From an uncultured Alphaproteobacteria bacterium (lineage in GTDB: Bacteria; Pseudomonadota; Alphaproteobacteria; Rhizobiales; Xanthobacteraceae), in the NCBI GenBank assembly GCA_963794225.1, contig CAWCCS010000002.1:815547-879546 (forward strand): a stretch of DNA of 64,000 nucleotides. Direction: 5' to 3'. Position 1 is the stretch's first letter, and the number at the start of each line of letters is the position of its first letter. Below are positions 42,172 through 51,924 of the stretch, piece after piece. The position numbers and the translations under genes were made by a program. Under the pieces are notes generated by a model. The model had not been told where the DNA came from. It did no database searches and saw only the letters and a program-made list of their open reading frames with translations.

Positions 42172-43065
42172 ATGCGTCTTCACGCCATCACAACCGGTCG
42201 CGTTCGCGTCAAGCAGGCACAGATCGAGGGTCGCGGCCACGGATTGTGGCGGCAGCTACAGCCGTTGCTGTCGCCGGAATGGGCCGACTGGTCGCCGGTC
42301 TATGCCTGGGCGATCGAACATCCTGAAGGCGTGATTGTCGTCGACACCGGCGCCAATGCGGCCCTGAAGTCGCTGCCGCGCTGGCATCCTTATTTTCGAT
42401 TCAGCGTTGGTTTCGACATCGAGCCCGAGCAGGAGCTTGGGCCACAATTGTGGAGCCTCGGTATCGGCGCCCGCGACGTCAAGACGGTCGTGCTCACTCA
42501 CCTGCACATCGACCACGACGGCGGTCTCGCGCACTTTCCGCAAAGCCGCATCCTCGCAAGCAATGAGGAGCTAAAGCGCGCAGCCGGCATCCGCGGTGCA
42601 ATGCTCGGTTATTTACCCAACCGCTGGCCACAATGGTTTGATCCCGAAGCGCTTGTTTGGAGCGAGTCGCCGTATGGGCCATTTCGGCGGAGTGCTCGGA
42701 TAACAACGGCTGGCGATATCATCGCCGTACCTACACCGGGACATACACCGCACCATTTGTCGGTCATTGTTTCCGACGGAGACACGCAGATCGTACTGGC
42801 CGGTGATGCGTCCTATCTTGAAAGAACGATGTTGAGCGGCACGATCGACGGCATCAGCGCCGACGAGGCCGTCGCACAATCAACACTCGCGGACATCCGC
42901 GCGTGGTGTGCACAACGTCCGACCATTTATTTGCCAACGCACGACCCGCAATCGGCCGCCAGGCTGCACGAGCGAAAGACCGTCGCTGTGTCACGGCAGG
43001 TGAAATCAACAATTGCTACGAGCGCAGACGAGCTAAGAATATCACCTGCCCAAGCGACCCGATAA
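42172..43065 (+). CDS. MBL-fold hydrolase, N-acyl-homoserine-lactonase-like
   Basis: 297 aa with the HxHxDH motif LTHLHIDHDGG, then PTPGHTPHH, and THD near the C-terminus. Confidence 0.75.
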   Translation: MRLHAITTGRVRVKQAQIEGRGHGLWRQLQPLLSPEWADWSPVYAWAIEHPEGVIVVDTGANAALKSLPRWHPYFRFSVGFDIEPEQELGPQLWSLGIGARDVKTVVLTHLHIDHDGGLAHFPQSRILASNEELKRAAGIRGAMLGYLPNRWPQWFDPEALVWSESPYGPFRRSARITTAGDIIAVPTPGHTPHHLSVIVSDGDTQIVLAGDASYLERTMLSGTIDGISADEAVAQSTLADIRAWCAQRPTIYLPTHDPQSAARLHERKTVAVSRQVKSTIATSADELRISPAQATR

Positions 43066-43171
43066 GTGCAAACAACAACTCAAGCATCTGCGCCGCGGCG
43101 CCTGCAATAGAAGGAACTTCCGCACGCCGAAGACGTTGACCCGATGTTCAGATCCACAAGGAGATTTGGTC

Positions 43172-43297
43172 ATGCCTGTCTTAATGTGGATCGCGTTCTG
43201 GTCTAATGTGATGGGGATTGCGGCGGGTTGGCAGGAAACCGCGTTGCCGATTCGTATGAGGGCCAAGGACCGTCGCGATCGTTCGATTTCTTCCTGA
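43172..43297 (+). CDS. Candidate 41-aa hydrophobic/basic small protein
   Basis: AAGGAG lies 8 nt before the ATG. The sequence is MPVLMWIAFWSNVMGIAAGWQETALPIRMRAKDRRDRSISS, one TM-like helix plus a basic tail. GC3 is lower than in neighbouring genes, so coding status is uncertain. Confidence 0.3.
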   Translation: MPVLMWIAFWSNVMGIAAGWQETALPIRMRAKDRRDRSISS

Positions 43298-43467
43298 CCT
43301 AGTCGTCCGGAATTCCGATACCCGCACCTGCCTGGGACGCGATTTTAGGCGGCACCCGGAGCAGGTTGCAGGGTGGGCATTGCGCCGGTATCTATACGCG
43401 CCTTTCGCGCCGTCCTGCAGCGTCCGCGGGGCGGCGCGCTTCCCGTGAAAGAGCGCAGACGACGACT

Positions 43468-44736
43468 ATGGCCCGTCTTGTTATGAAGTTCGGCGGAACC
43501 TCGGTCGCCGACATCGATCGCATCCGCAACGCCGCTCACCACGTCAAGCGCGAGGTTGATGCCGGCCACGAAGTCGCGGTCGTCGTGTCGGCCATGTCGG
43601 GCGTCACCGATCAGCTTGTCGGCTGGTGCAATGCGGCCCTGAAGAAGCGTCAATTGTTCGATGCGCGGGAATACGATGCTGTCATCGCGACGGGCGAGCA
43701 GGTGACCGCCGGCCTGCTGGCCATCACCCTTCAAGATATGGATGTCAACGCCCGCTCGTGGTTTGGCTGGCAACTTCCGATCCTGACTTCGAACGTGCAC
43801 GCTTCAGCCCGCATCCTTGATATCAACGGCGCCGAATTGATCCGCCGTTTCACCGAGTGCAAGGAAGTGGCGGTCATCGCCGGTTTTCAGGGCCTGCACC
43901 ATGAGACCGGTCGCCTCACCACGCTCGGGCGCGGCGGCTCCGACACCTCGGCGGTGGCCGTGGCGGCGGCGATCCGCGCCGACCGTTGCGATATCTATAC
44001 CGACGTTGACGGCGTTTACACCTCGGACCCGCGTGTCGTTCCGCGAGCGCACCGGCTCGACAAGATCGCATTTGAAGAGATGCTGGAGCTCGCATCGCTC
44101 GGCGCCAAAGTATTGCAGGTGCGCTCAGTCGAACTCGGCATGGTCCACAACGTACGGATTTTCGTCCGGTCAAGTTTCGACCGGCCCGAGGACATCGACC
44201 CGCACGGGATTCCACCGGGGACTCTCATCTGCGACGAGGAGGAGATCATGGAACAGCAAGTGGTCACTGGCATCGCCTTCTCCCGCGATGAGGCGCAAAT
44301 CTCGGTTCGCGAAGTCGCGGACAAGCCGGGCGTGGCCGCCGCCATTTTCGTTCCGCTGGCCGACGCTAATATCAACGTCGATATGATCGTGCAGAATGTC
44401 TCTAGCGATGGGAAGACGACCGATCTCACCTTCACGGTGCCTGCCGCGGACTATCAGAGAGCGCTCGACGTGCTTGCCAAGGCGAAAAGCGCGGTCGGTT
44501 ATAAGCGCCTCGACGGTGCAACAGACGTTGCCAAAGTGTCGGTTATCGGCATCGGCATGCGCAGTCATGCCGGCGTCGCGGCGGAAGCCTTCCGCGCGCT
44601 TGCCGAGCGGGCTGTGAATATCCGTGCCATCACCACCTCCGAGATCAAATTTTCGCTTCTCATTGACGCGGCCTTCACCGAACTCGCGGTTCGCACGCTG
44701 CACTCTCTCTACGGTCTCGATCACGCGACATCCTGA
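43468..44736 (+). CDS. lysC: Aspartate kinase
   Basis: Starts MARLVMKFGGTSVADIDRIRN, followed by the kinase domain and two C-terminal ACT domains. Confidence 0.95.
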   Translation: MARLVMKFGGTSVADIDRIRNAAHHVKREVDAGHEVAVVVSAMSGVTDQLVGWCNAALKKRQLFDAREYDAVIATGEQVTAGLLAITLQDMDVNARSWFGWQLPILTSNVHASARILDINGAELIRRFTECKEVAVIAGFQGLHHETGRLTTLGRGGSDTSAVAVAAAIRADRCDIYTDVDGVYTSDPRVVPRAHRLDKIAFEEMLELASLGAKVLQVRSVELGMVHNVRIFVRSSFDRPEDIDPHGIPPGTLICDEEEIMEQQVVTGIAFSRDEAQISVREVADKPGVAAAIFVPLADANINVDMIVQNVSSDGKTTDLTFTVPAADYQRALDVLAKAKSAVGYKRLDGATDVAKVSVIGIGMRSHAGVAAEAFRALAERAVNIRAITTSEIKFSLLIDAAFTELAVRTLHSLYGLDHATS

Positions 44737-44973
44737 TTCGCGATTTAAGGCACCGTTTCGTTCGCCAAGCGACGGAATGACAGGTTCTCGCTGCGGCGCA
44801 CAAATTCCGCCGCCGTCATAACCGCGTCTCTGGCTTGCGGTTTGCATACCGCATTCGATATAGCCGTGAGGATGCTCGCCGCGGGCGTTGAACCGGGGCG
44901 ATTCCATCTTCGATGACGCCGGGGCGATGCGGGCTGCGCCTCCGGTCGAAGAAAGCCCGAGGGACCTCACGTC

Positions 44974-47241
44974 ATGCGTGGCGCGCTCGGCGGTCCTCGC
45001 GTGCTGTTGCGCCGGCTTCGCGAAGTCATGGCGGAGCCGGTCAGCGCGCAGGAACGCCTTGACAAGATCGTGGTGCTGATCGCCGCCAATATGGTTGCGG
45101 AGGTGTGCTCCGTCTATGTGTTGCGCGTCGATTCGACACTTGAGCTGTATGCCACCGAAGGCCTCAACCGCGATGCGGTGCACCGCACCGTGATGCGCTC
45201 CGACGAAGGCCTGGTCGGCCTGGTGGCAAGCCAGGCCACCGCCATCAACCTCTCCAACGCGCAGGCACATCCGGCCTATTCCTACCGGCCGGAAACCGGC
45301 GAAGAAATTTATCACTCGTACCTTGGGGTGCCCGTCTTGCGCGCCGGCAACACGCTCGGCGTGCTGGTGGTGCAAAACCGCGCCCGGCGCACCTATTCCG
45401 AGGAAGAGGTCGAGGCGCTGCAGACCACGGCCATGGTGCTGGCGGAGATGATCGCGTCGGGCGAGCTGTCGGCGCTGGCGCCGCCCGGCGGCGAACCCGC
45501 GGCACGGCGCTCGGTTCATCTTACCGGCAAAGCGCTTTCGGAAGGCATCGCGCTCGGCCACGTGGTCTTGCACGAACCGCGCGTCGTCGTCACCAACTAC
45601 ATCGCTGATGACGTACCGAGAGAACTCAAGCATCTGGAAACGGCAGTCGAGTCGTTGCGCACGCAACTCGATGAACTGCTTGAACATGGCGACGTCGTCG
45701 AAGGCGGTGAGCATCGCGACGTGCTCGAAGCCTATCGCATGTTCGCCTACGACCGCGGCTGGGTGCACAAGCTCGAGGAAGCGGTGATGACGGGGTTGAC
45801 CGCGGAGGCCGCGGTCGAGCGCGTCCAGTCGGACACGCGCGCGCGCATGCTGCGGCAGACCGATCCTTATCTGCGTGAGCGCCTGCACGATCTGGACGAT
45901 CTCGCCAACCGCCTGATGCGCCAGCTCACCGGCCGCGATCACGCACCGTCGCGCGAGAACCTTCCTGAAAACGCGATCCTGGTCGCGCGCTCGATGGGGC
46001 CCGCGGCGCTGCTTGATTACGACCGCAAGCGCCTGCGCGGTCTGGTGCTGGAAGAGGGCGGCCCGCATTCGCACGTCGCCATCATCGCGCGCGCACTCGG
46101 CATCGCAGCAGTCGGCGACGTCGACAACGCTACCGGAATCGCCGATCCGGGCGACGCCATCATCGTCGATGGCACGTCCGGAGATTTGCACCTGCGGCCG
46201 TTGCCCGACATGGAGGCCGCCTACGCCGAGCGGGTGCGGCTTCGCGCACGCCGCCAACAGCAATATCAGGCGCTGCGCGACATTCCGTGCGTGACCAAGG
46301 ACGGTGAGCAGATCGCACTGCTGATCAATGCCGGTCTGAACGTCGATCTGCCACACATCGCCGATACTGGCGCCGCAGGCATCGGCCTGTTCCGTACGGA
46401 GTTGCAATTCATGGTCGCGCCAAATTTTCCGCGTTCGAGCGAACAATTCACGCTCTACCGCTCGGTCCTTGACAGTGCCGGCGACAAACCGGTGACGTTT
46501 CGCACCCTCGATATCGGCGGCGACAAGGTGCTGCCCTATATGCGCAATATCGAGGAGGAGAATCCCGCGCTGGGCTGGCGGGCGATCCGTCTCGGACTGG
46601 ACCGGCCGGCGTTGTTGCGAACGCAGCTGCGCGCGCTGCTGCGCGCCGCCGCCGGCCGCGCGTTGAAGATCATGTTCCCGATGATCGCCACGGTCGATGA
46701 ATTTGAACAGGCCAAGGAGCTGGTCGAACGCGAGCTGACGCATCTGCGACGTCACGGCCACAAGCTGCCCGAAGAAGTCGAGGTTGGCAGCATGATCGAA
46801 GTCCCCGCGCTGCTCTATCAGCTCGATGACTTGCTGGAACGCGTCGATTTTCTTTCCGTCGGCTCGAACGATCTCGTGCAATTCTTGTATGCGGCCGACC
46901 GTGGTAACCCGCGCGTCTCGAACCGCTTCGATCCACTGTCGGCGCCAGTGCTGCGTGCGCTTAAAGACATTGCCGACAAGTGCCGCGAGCACGGCAAGCC
47001 GGTCACGTTATGTGGCGAGCTTGGCTCACAGCCCATTGGCGCAATGGCGCTTGCGGCCATCGGCTATCGCTCGCTGTCGCTCACGCCATCGGCAATGGGG
47101 CCGGTCAAGGCGATGCTACTGGAACTCGATTGCCGCAAGGCGACCGCGTTCCTATGTCCGCTGATTGAGAAGTCGGCCGGCGCGGTGCCGATCCGCGCTC
47201 AATTGCAAAAGTTCGCCGCCGACAGCGGTTTGCAGATTTAG
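44974..47241 (+). CDS. ptsP: Phosphoenolpyruvate-protein phosphotransferase PtsP (EI-Ntr, GAF + EI domains)
   Basis: 755 aa. It has an N-terminal GAF (VCSVYVLR...GVPVLRAGNTLGVLVVQN), the phosphohistidine site GGPHSHVAIIARALGI, and the PEP-utilising signature SVGSNDLVQF. Confidence 0.95.
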   Translation: MRGALGGPRVLLRRLREVMAEPVSAQERLDKIVVLIAANMVAEVCSVYVLRVDSTLELYATEGLNRDAVHRTVMRSDEGLVGLVASQATAINLSNAQAHPAYSYRPETGEEIYHSYLGVPVLRAGNTLGVLVVQNRARRTYSEEEVEALQTTAMVLAEMIASGELSALAPPGGEPAARRSVHLTGKALSEGIALGHVVLHEPRVVVTNYIADDVPRELKHLETAVESLRTQLDELLEHGDVVEGGEHRDVLEAYRMFAYDRGWVHKLEEAVMTGLTAEAAVERVQSDTRARMLRQTDPYLRERLHDLDDLANRLMRQLTGRDHAPSRENLPENAILVARSMGPAALLDYDRKRLRGLVLEEGGPHSHVAIIARALGIAAVGDVDNATGIADPGDAIIVDGTSGDLHLRPLPDMEAAYAERVRLRARRQQQYQALRDIPCVTKDGEQIALLINAGLNVDLPHIADTGAAGIGLFRTELQFMVAPNFPRSSEQFTLYRSVLDSAGDKPVTFRTLDIGGDKVLPYMRNIEEENPALGWRAIRLGLDRPALLRTQLRALLRAAAGRALKIMFPMIATVDEFEQAKELVERELTHLRRHGHKLPEEVEVGSMIEVPALLYQLDDLLERVDFLSVGSNDLVQFLYAADRGNPRVSNRFDPLSAPVLRALKDIADKCREHGKPVTLCGELGSQPIGAMALAAIGYRSLSLTPSAMGPVKAMLLELDCRKATAFLCPLIEKSAGAVPIRAQLQKFAADSGLQI

Positions 47242-47358
47242 GACGACCGCTGGCCCGGGCTTGTCCCAGCCATCCGCGTCTTTTACTTAGCGTGCGATAA
47301 GGCGAAAAGTGAAAGGGCGATGCCGGCCCCAAAGGCCGGGCGTCACGACAAGAAAACC

Positions 47359-48432
47359 ATGCTGCCCGATCAGAAACTTGAGGCTCTCATCGTTCGCCAC
47401 GCGACGCTCGAACGCGATCTCGCGGCCTCACTGCCGGCCGAAACCTTTGTGAAGCTCTCGCGCGAATTTGCCGAATTGGCGCCGGTCGTCGAAGCGGTAA
47501 AATCCTATCGCGCGGCGCGGCGTGAACTCGAAGGCGTCGACAGCCTGATCGACGATCCGGCGACGGACCCTGAAATGCGTTCGATCGCCGCCGCAGAACG
47601 CCGGGAGCTTGAGGCGCGGCGCGCCGCGCTCGAACAGGAACTGCGGGTCGCGCTCATCCCCAAGGACGCGATGGACGATCGCAACGTCATTCTCGAAATC
47701 CGCGCCGGCACCGGCGGCGACGAGGCGTCGCTGTTTGCCGGCGATTTGTTCCGCATGTACGAGCGCTACGCCGCCAAGCAGGGCTGGAAGGTCGAGGTCA
47801 TGACCGCAAGCGAAGGCTCAATGGGCGGCTACAAGGAAATCATTGCCGAAATCCGCGGCCGCGGCGCCTTCGCCAAGCTCAAATTCGAATCCGGTGTGCA
47901 CCGCGTGCAGCGCGTACCCGACACCGAAGCTTCCGGCCGCATTCACACCTCGACCGCGACCGTTGCCGTCCTGCCCGAAGCGCAGGAGGTCGACGTTCCC
48001 ATCAACGATATCGATCTGAAGGTCGATACACTGCGCTCGAGCGGCGCCGGCGGCCAACACGTCAACAAGACGGAATCCGCGGTCCGGATTACGCACATGC
48101 CGACCGGCATCGTGGTCATGATGCAGGAGGATCGCTCGCAGCATCGCAACCGCGCCAAAGCACTCGCCGTGCTGCGTACGCGGCTCTACGATTTCCAGCG
48201 GCAGAAGCTCGAGGCTGAACGCGCAGCCGAACGCCGCGGCCAGGTCGGCACCGGCGACCGCTCGGAACGCATTCGCACCTACAATTTTCCGCAAGGCCGC
48301 CTGTCCGACCATCGCATCAATCTCACGCTCTACAAGTTGCCGCAGATCATGGAGGGCGAAGCGTTGGGCGAAGTGATCGATACGCTGGTCGCCGAGCATC
48401 AGGCCGAGCAGCTCGCGGCTGAGGAGGCGTGA
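47359..48432 (+). CDS. prfA: Peptide chain release factor 1
   Basis: Starts [18 protein letters not shown]. The PxT-type region and the GGQ motif ([19 protein letters not shown]) are present. Confidence 0.95.
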   Translation: MLPDQKLEALIVRHATLERDLAASLPAETFVKLSREFAELAPVVEAVKSYRAARRELEGVDSLIDDPATDPEMRSIAAAERRELEARRAALEQELRVALIPKDAMDDRNVILEIRAGTGGDEASLFAGDLFRMYERYAAKQGWKVEVMTASEGSMGGYKEIIAEIRGRGAFAKLKFESGVHRVQRVPDTEASGRIHTSTATVAVLPEAQEVDVPINDIDLKVDTLRSSGAGGQHVNKTESAVRITHMPTGIVVMMQEDRSQHRNRAKALAVLRTRLYDFQRQKLEAERAAERRGQVGTGDRSERIRTYNFPQGRLSDHRINLTLYKLPQIMEGEALGEVIDTLVAEHQAEQLAAEEA

Positions 48433-49331
48433 TGCCCAATCCAGAGGCTGCGGTGCTGACGCGGCACGACAGCGCATCAACTGTTGCCGGAATGCGCCGC
48501 GCCCTGACGGAAACATTCCGTGCCGCCGAGATCGACTCGCCCGAGCTGGACGCGCGCGTTCTGGTGGGCCATGCACTGTCACTCGATCATTCAGCGCTCA
48601 CGGCGGCCGGCGAGCGCCTGCTCAACACCGCGGAGCGGGAAACAATATTGGGATTCGCGCGGCGCCGGCTGGCACACGAACCGGTCGCGCGCATCATCGG
48701 CAGCAAAGAATTCTGGAGCTTGAAACTCTGTGTTGATGCTTCAACGCTGATACCTCGGCCTGAGACTGAAACGGTGGTCGAAGCCGCGCTCGCCGCGGTC
48801 GAGGCGGATGGCCCGCGCCAGCGGGAGCTTCGAATAGCCGATCTCGGCACCGGCTCGGGCGCGCTGCTTTTGGCTTTACTTGCCGAATTCCCGAACGCGT
48901 TTGGCGTCGCCACCGACACAGACCCAGGCGCGCTCTCGGTGGCACGACACAACGCCCAACGCTTCAAGTTCACGCGGGCGACATTCCTGGCATGCGATAT
49001 GGCGGCGGCGCTACGCGGCCCGTTCGATCTGATCGTGTCCAATCCGCCCTATATCGCATCGGGTGATATCGCCACGCTCGCGCCTGAAGTGCGCGATTTC
49101 GACCCGCGGGCAGCACTCGATGGCGGACAGGACGGTCTTAACTATTATCGTTTGATTGCTGCTTCCGCGCCCGCGCTCCTCAAGTCCGACGGCTCCCTTG
49201 TTGTCGAACTGGGTGTAGGCCAGGCGCCGGCAGTCATGGCGTTGTTTTCAGAAGCGGGGCTTACGCCGTTGCCGCCACGGCTCGATCTTCAAGGTCTGCC
49301 GCGGGCGCTGCCTGCGAAGAAAGTTGCATAA
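48429..49331 (+). CDS. prmC: Release-factor glutamine N5-methyltransferase PrmC/HemK
   Basis: SAM motif DLGTGSGAL and catalytic IVSNPPYI. It overlaps prfA by 4 nt. Confidence 0.9.
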   Translation: MMPNPEAAVLTRHDSASTVAGMRRALTETFRAAEIDSPELDARVLVGHALSLDHSALTAAGERLLNTAERETILGFARRRLAHEPVARIIGSKEFWSLKLCVDASTLIPRPETETVVEAALAAVEADGPRQRELRIADLGTGSGALLLALLAEFPNAFGVATDTDPGALSVARHNAQRFKFTRATFLACDMAAALRGPFDLIVSNPPYIASGDIATLAPEVRDFDPRAALDGGQDGLNYYRLIAASAPALLKSDGSLVVELGVGQAPAVMALFSEAGLTPLPPRLDLQGLPRALPAKKVA

Positions 49332-49510
49332 AAGGGACATGAATTTGCAGTATTGGGCCCCGGCAAAAAAGCAGCAAAAAAGCACTTGGAATGTTGCCCG
49401 GAACAGACTAGCTTCCGGTCACGGAATTGGCCCGAGAAGATTGGGTGCCGCGCCGCCTCGAATGCCCGGAGCGACCCTCCTAGAGGCTTTGCAGCGCAGG
49501 CCAGGTGAAA

Positions 49511-49550
49511 CGAAAGCCGGAATAGCGAAAGCCGGACAGACGGCAGACGG
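49511..49550. repeat. Short direct repeats: CGAAAGCCGGA x2 (period 15) followed by CAGACGG x2 (tandem)
   Basis: Read directly inside the 610-bp non-coding spacer. Confidence 0.85.
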
Positions 49551-49768
49551 GATCGCCAAATTCAGACCGAGAAGTTGCATCGGTTTTGCGCTCATTGTTG
49601 AGAATGTCGCGCACCAAGAGGGGTTCGCAATACCGCGGCGAAACCGCCGGGTAGGGCTGCATTGCTGAGGTTTCAAAAGTTAACGGACCGCGCTCCGGTA
49701 AAGTCGCTGACGATCGCGTTTGCAAAGCGGCATTTGCACGGTGGCGTTGCGTTGCTGATGCATCGCCA

Positions 49769-49865
49769 AGGCTGTCGTGAATGAAGGCTGTCGTGAATGA
49801 AGGCTGTCGTGAATGAGGCTGTCAGGTATTGAGACTGTCGAGAATGATGCGTCGTGTTGGAGTGA
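49769..49865. repeat. Tandem array of a 16-nt unit AGGCTGTCGTGAATGA (3 near-perfect plus 2-3 degenerate copies)
   Basis: Units lie at 49769, 49785, 49801 (15 nt), 49816 (AGGCTGTCAGGTATTG) and 49832 (AGACTGTCGAGAATGA), followed by a decayed copy. The array ends about 75 nt before the DUF4167 ATG. The period is not a multiple of 3. Confidence 0.9.
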
Positions 49866-49940
49866 CGTTCTGTGGGTCATGAGTTCAGAGGGGCGGCATT
49901 CGCGCCGCCGCACATCAGGGGGTTGGCGGAATAGCAAATC

Positions 49941-50669
49941 ATGAGAAACGGTCAGAACAAGCGCATGCGAGGTCGTAACCGCAAAGGTGGCGGTCAACAT
50001 CATCAAAATCCATTGTCGCGTATGTACGAGTCCAATGGGCCGGACATTAAAATTCGCGGAACTGCATCCCACGTCGCTGAAAAATATCTCCAGCTGGCCA
50101 GGGATGCGCAAAGTTCCGGTGACCCGGTCGCGGCGGAAAATTATTATCAGCACGCCGAACATTACTTTCGCTTGATTGCGGCGGCGCAGGAGCAGTTTCG
50201 ACAGAGCCAGCCGTATTTTCAGCAGGGCGGCGACCAGCGCGGCAATGTTGGCGACGACGGCTACGACGACGGCGACGAGCAGCCTTCTGCCGGCGAGCCG
50301 TTCGCTCCACGCGAGCAGCAGCCATTCTATCCGCGCGAGCAACAACACCAACAAAATCAGCCGCAGCAATTTCAACCGCGTCCACAGCACGATTCCTCAA
50401 ACGAGGAAGACGTTGAACGGCTACCATCGTTCATCACCGGCGGCGGCGGCCAATCACATCAGCAACAGCCGGAGCAGCCCGAGCCGCAGCAGGCTCAAGG
50501 CCACAACAGCGGCAACGGTCCTAACGGCTCCAATGGTCAGAACGGCTATGACAATTCGGCCGATCGCTTCCCGCTGCATCGCCGGCGCCGGCGGCATCGC
50601 GGCCCGCGCGACCACTCAATGCAGGGCGAAGGTGACGGTCCGTCCGGGCCGCAGTCATCCGACGATTAA
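49941..50669 (+). CDS. DUF4167-domain protein with Gln/Asn/Pro-rich low-complexity C-terminal half
   Basis: Starts MRNGQNKRMRGRNRKGGGQHHQNPLSRMYESNGPDIKIRGTASHVAEKYLQLARDAQSSGDPVAAENYYQHAEHYFR. Confidence 0.85.
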   Translation: MRNGQNKRMRGRNRKGGGQHHQNPLSRMYESNGPDIKIRGTASHVAEKYLQLARDAQSSGDPVAAENYYQHAEHYFRLIAAAQEQFRQSQPYFQQGGDQRGNVGDDGYDDGDEQPSAGEPFAPREQQPFYPREQQHQQNQPQQFQPRPQHDSSNEEDVERLPSFITGGGGQSHQQQPEQPEPQQAQGHNSGNGPNGSNGQNGYDNSADRFPLHRRRRRHRGPRDHSMQGEGDGPSGPQSSDD

Positions 50670-50892
50670 GGGCCTTCGCAGACGTTGCAAGGCGCGCGGA
50701 AATCGTCGTCACTTCCGCTTGGGCCGCACATCAGACGGCTATTTTCACCCCAAGGGCCCGACGCAAGCGATCATGTCTTATTGAACGCCGCCCTCCCGCC
50801 AGACCAGCGCCGGGGACCGTTGCCTCACCTTTGCAAGTGGCGCTAAGTTGCGCGCGCCCGCTGCTTCTTATTGGGCCCTCAAAGGATATTTC

Positions 50893-51924
50893 ATGGCCAA
50901 TCTCCAGGACCGCGTGCCGGCTGCGAACTTGCCGCTCAACGACGATATCGGCGAGGAAAAGCGGCTTGCCATGTACCGCACGCAAGTTGTCATCCGCGAG
51001 GCCGAGCAGCGCGCTTACGATCTGTTCCTGCAAAACCTGGTCAAGGGCACCAGCCATCTTTCGCTCGGCCAAGAGGCCGTAGCGGCGGGCTTCGCCGTCG
51101 CCATGCGCCAAGGCGACCTTTCATTTTGCACCTATCGCGGACACGCACACACGCTGGCACGCGGCGTGCCGATCACCAAAGTTCTGGGCGAGTTGATGGG
51201 GCGCGACAACGGCCTGATGCGTGGCAAGGGCGGCTCGATGCATCTGACCTCGGTCGACCACGGCGTGATGGGGTCTTACGCCATCATCGGCGCGCATCTG
51301 CCGATCGCCTGCGGGGCCGCGTGGCGCGCGCAGTACAAAGGCGCGAAAGACGTCTCAGTCTGCTTCTTCGGCGACGGCACGACCAACATCGGCGCGTTCC
51401 ACGAGGCGCTGAACTTCGCCGTGGTGTGGAAGCTGCCGGTGGTGTTCGTCTGCGAGAACAATCTCTACATGGAATACACGCCGATCAGCGAGGTGACGGC
51501 AGTCGAACATCCGGCCGCCGATCGCGCCGCGGCGTACGGCCTGCCGCGCATCATCGTCGACGGCAACGACGCCGACGCAGTCTACCGCTCAGCCGTCGCC
51601 GCTTACGACAAAGCGCGCGCCGGTGACGGCCCGTCGCTGATCGAATGCATGACTTATCGGTATAGCGGGCACTCGCGCGCCGACCCCGCAAAATACCGGC
51701 CCGAGGGCGAGCTGGATAAGTGGAAAGCGCGCGATCCGATCAAACTCTATCGCGAGCGCCTCAAACAATTCGGCATCGGCGAGGGCACGATCCAGCGCAT
51801 CGAGACCGAGGTGAAGCAGGAAATCGATGAGGCGACCGAAGAGTGCAAAGCGGCGCCGCCGCCGTCGCTCGATCTTCTCACCACCGACGTCTATGCCGAC
51901 GGAGGGTTCGCATGGCGGAACTGA
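50893..51924 (+). CDS. TPP-dependent 2-oxoacid/acetoin dehydrogenase E1 alpha subunit
   Basis: The TPP-binding motif is FFGDGTTNIGAFHEALNFAVVWKLPVVFVCENNLYM, and YRYSGHS is present. The ATG at 50893 follows AAAGGA. Confidence 0.9.
   Translation: MANLQDRVPAANLPLNDDIGEEKRLAMYRTQVVIREAEQRAYDLFLQNLVKGTSHLSLGQEAVAAGFAVAMRQGDLSFCTYRGHAHTLARGVPITKVLGELMGRDNGLMRGKGGSMHLTSVDHGVMGSYAIIGAHLPIACGAAWRAQYKGAKDVSVCFFGDGTTNIGAFHEALNFAVVWKLPVVFVCENNLYMEYTPISEVTAVEHPAADRAAAYGLPRIIVDGNDADAVYRSAVAAYDKARAGDGPSLIECMTYRYSGHSRADPAKYRPEGELDKWKARDPIKLYRERLKQFGIGEGTIQRIETEVKQEIDEATEECKAAPPPSLDLLTTDVYADGGFAWRN

Noticed and set aside
44170-46992. 940-aa minus-strand ORF, the longest ORF in the window.
   Set aside because: It lies exactly antisense to ptsP, which has unmistakable GAF, phosphohistidine (GGPHSHVAIIARALGI) and PEP-utilising (SVGSNDLVQF) motifs. 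The antisense product is Arg/Ala/Gly-rich with no motifs. It is a typical high-GC shadow ORF.
49769-49865. Repeat array considered as a possible CRISPR or mini-CRISPR.
   Set aside because: The units are 16 nt and directly abutting with no spacers. They are degenerate toward one end, and no cas genes occur in the window.
50838-50852. TGGCGC-N-TTGCG sigma-54-like element upstream of the E1 alpha gene.
   Set aside because: The GG and GC dinucleotides are separated by 9 nt instead of the required 10 nt.
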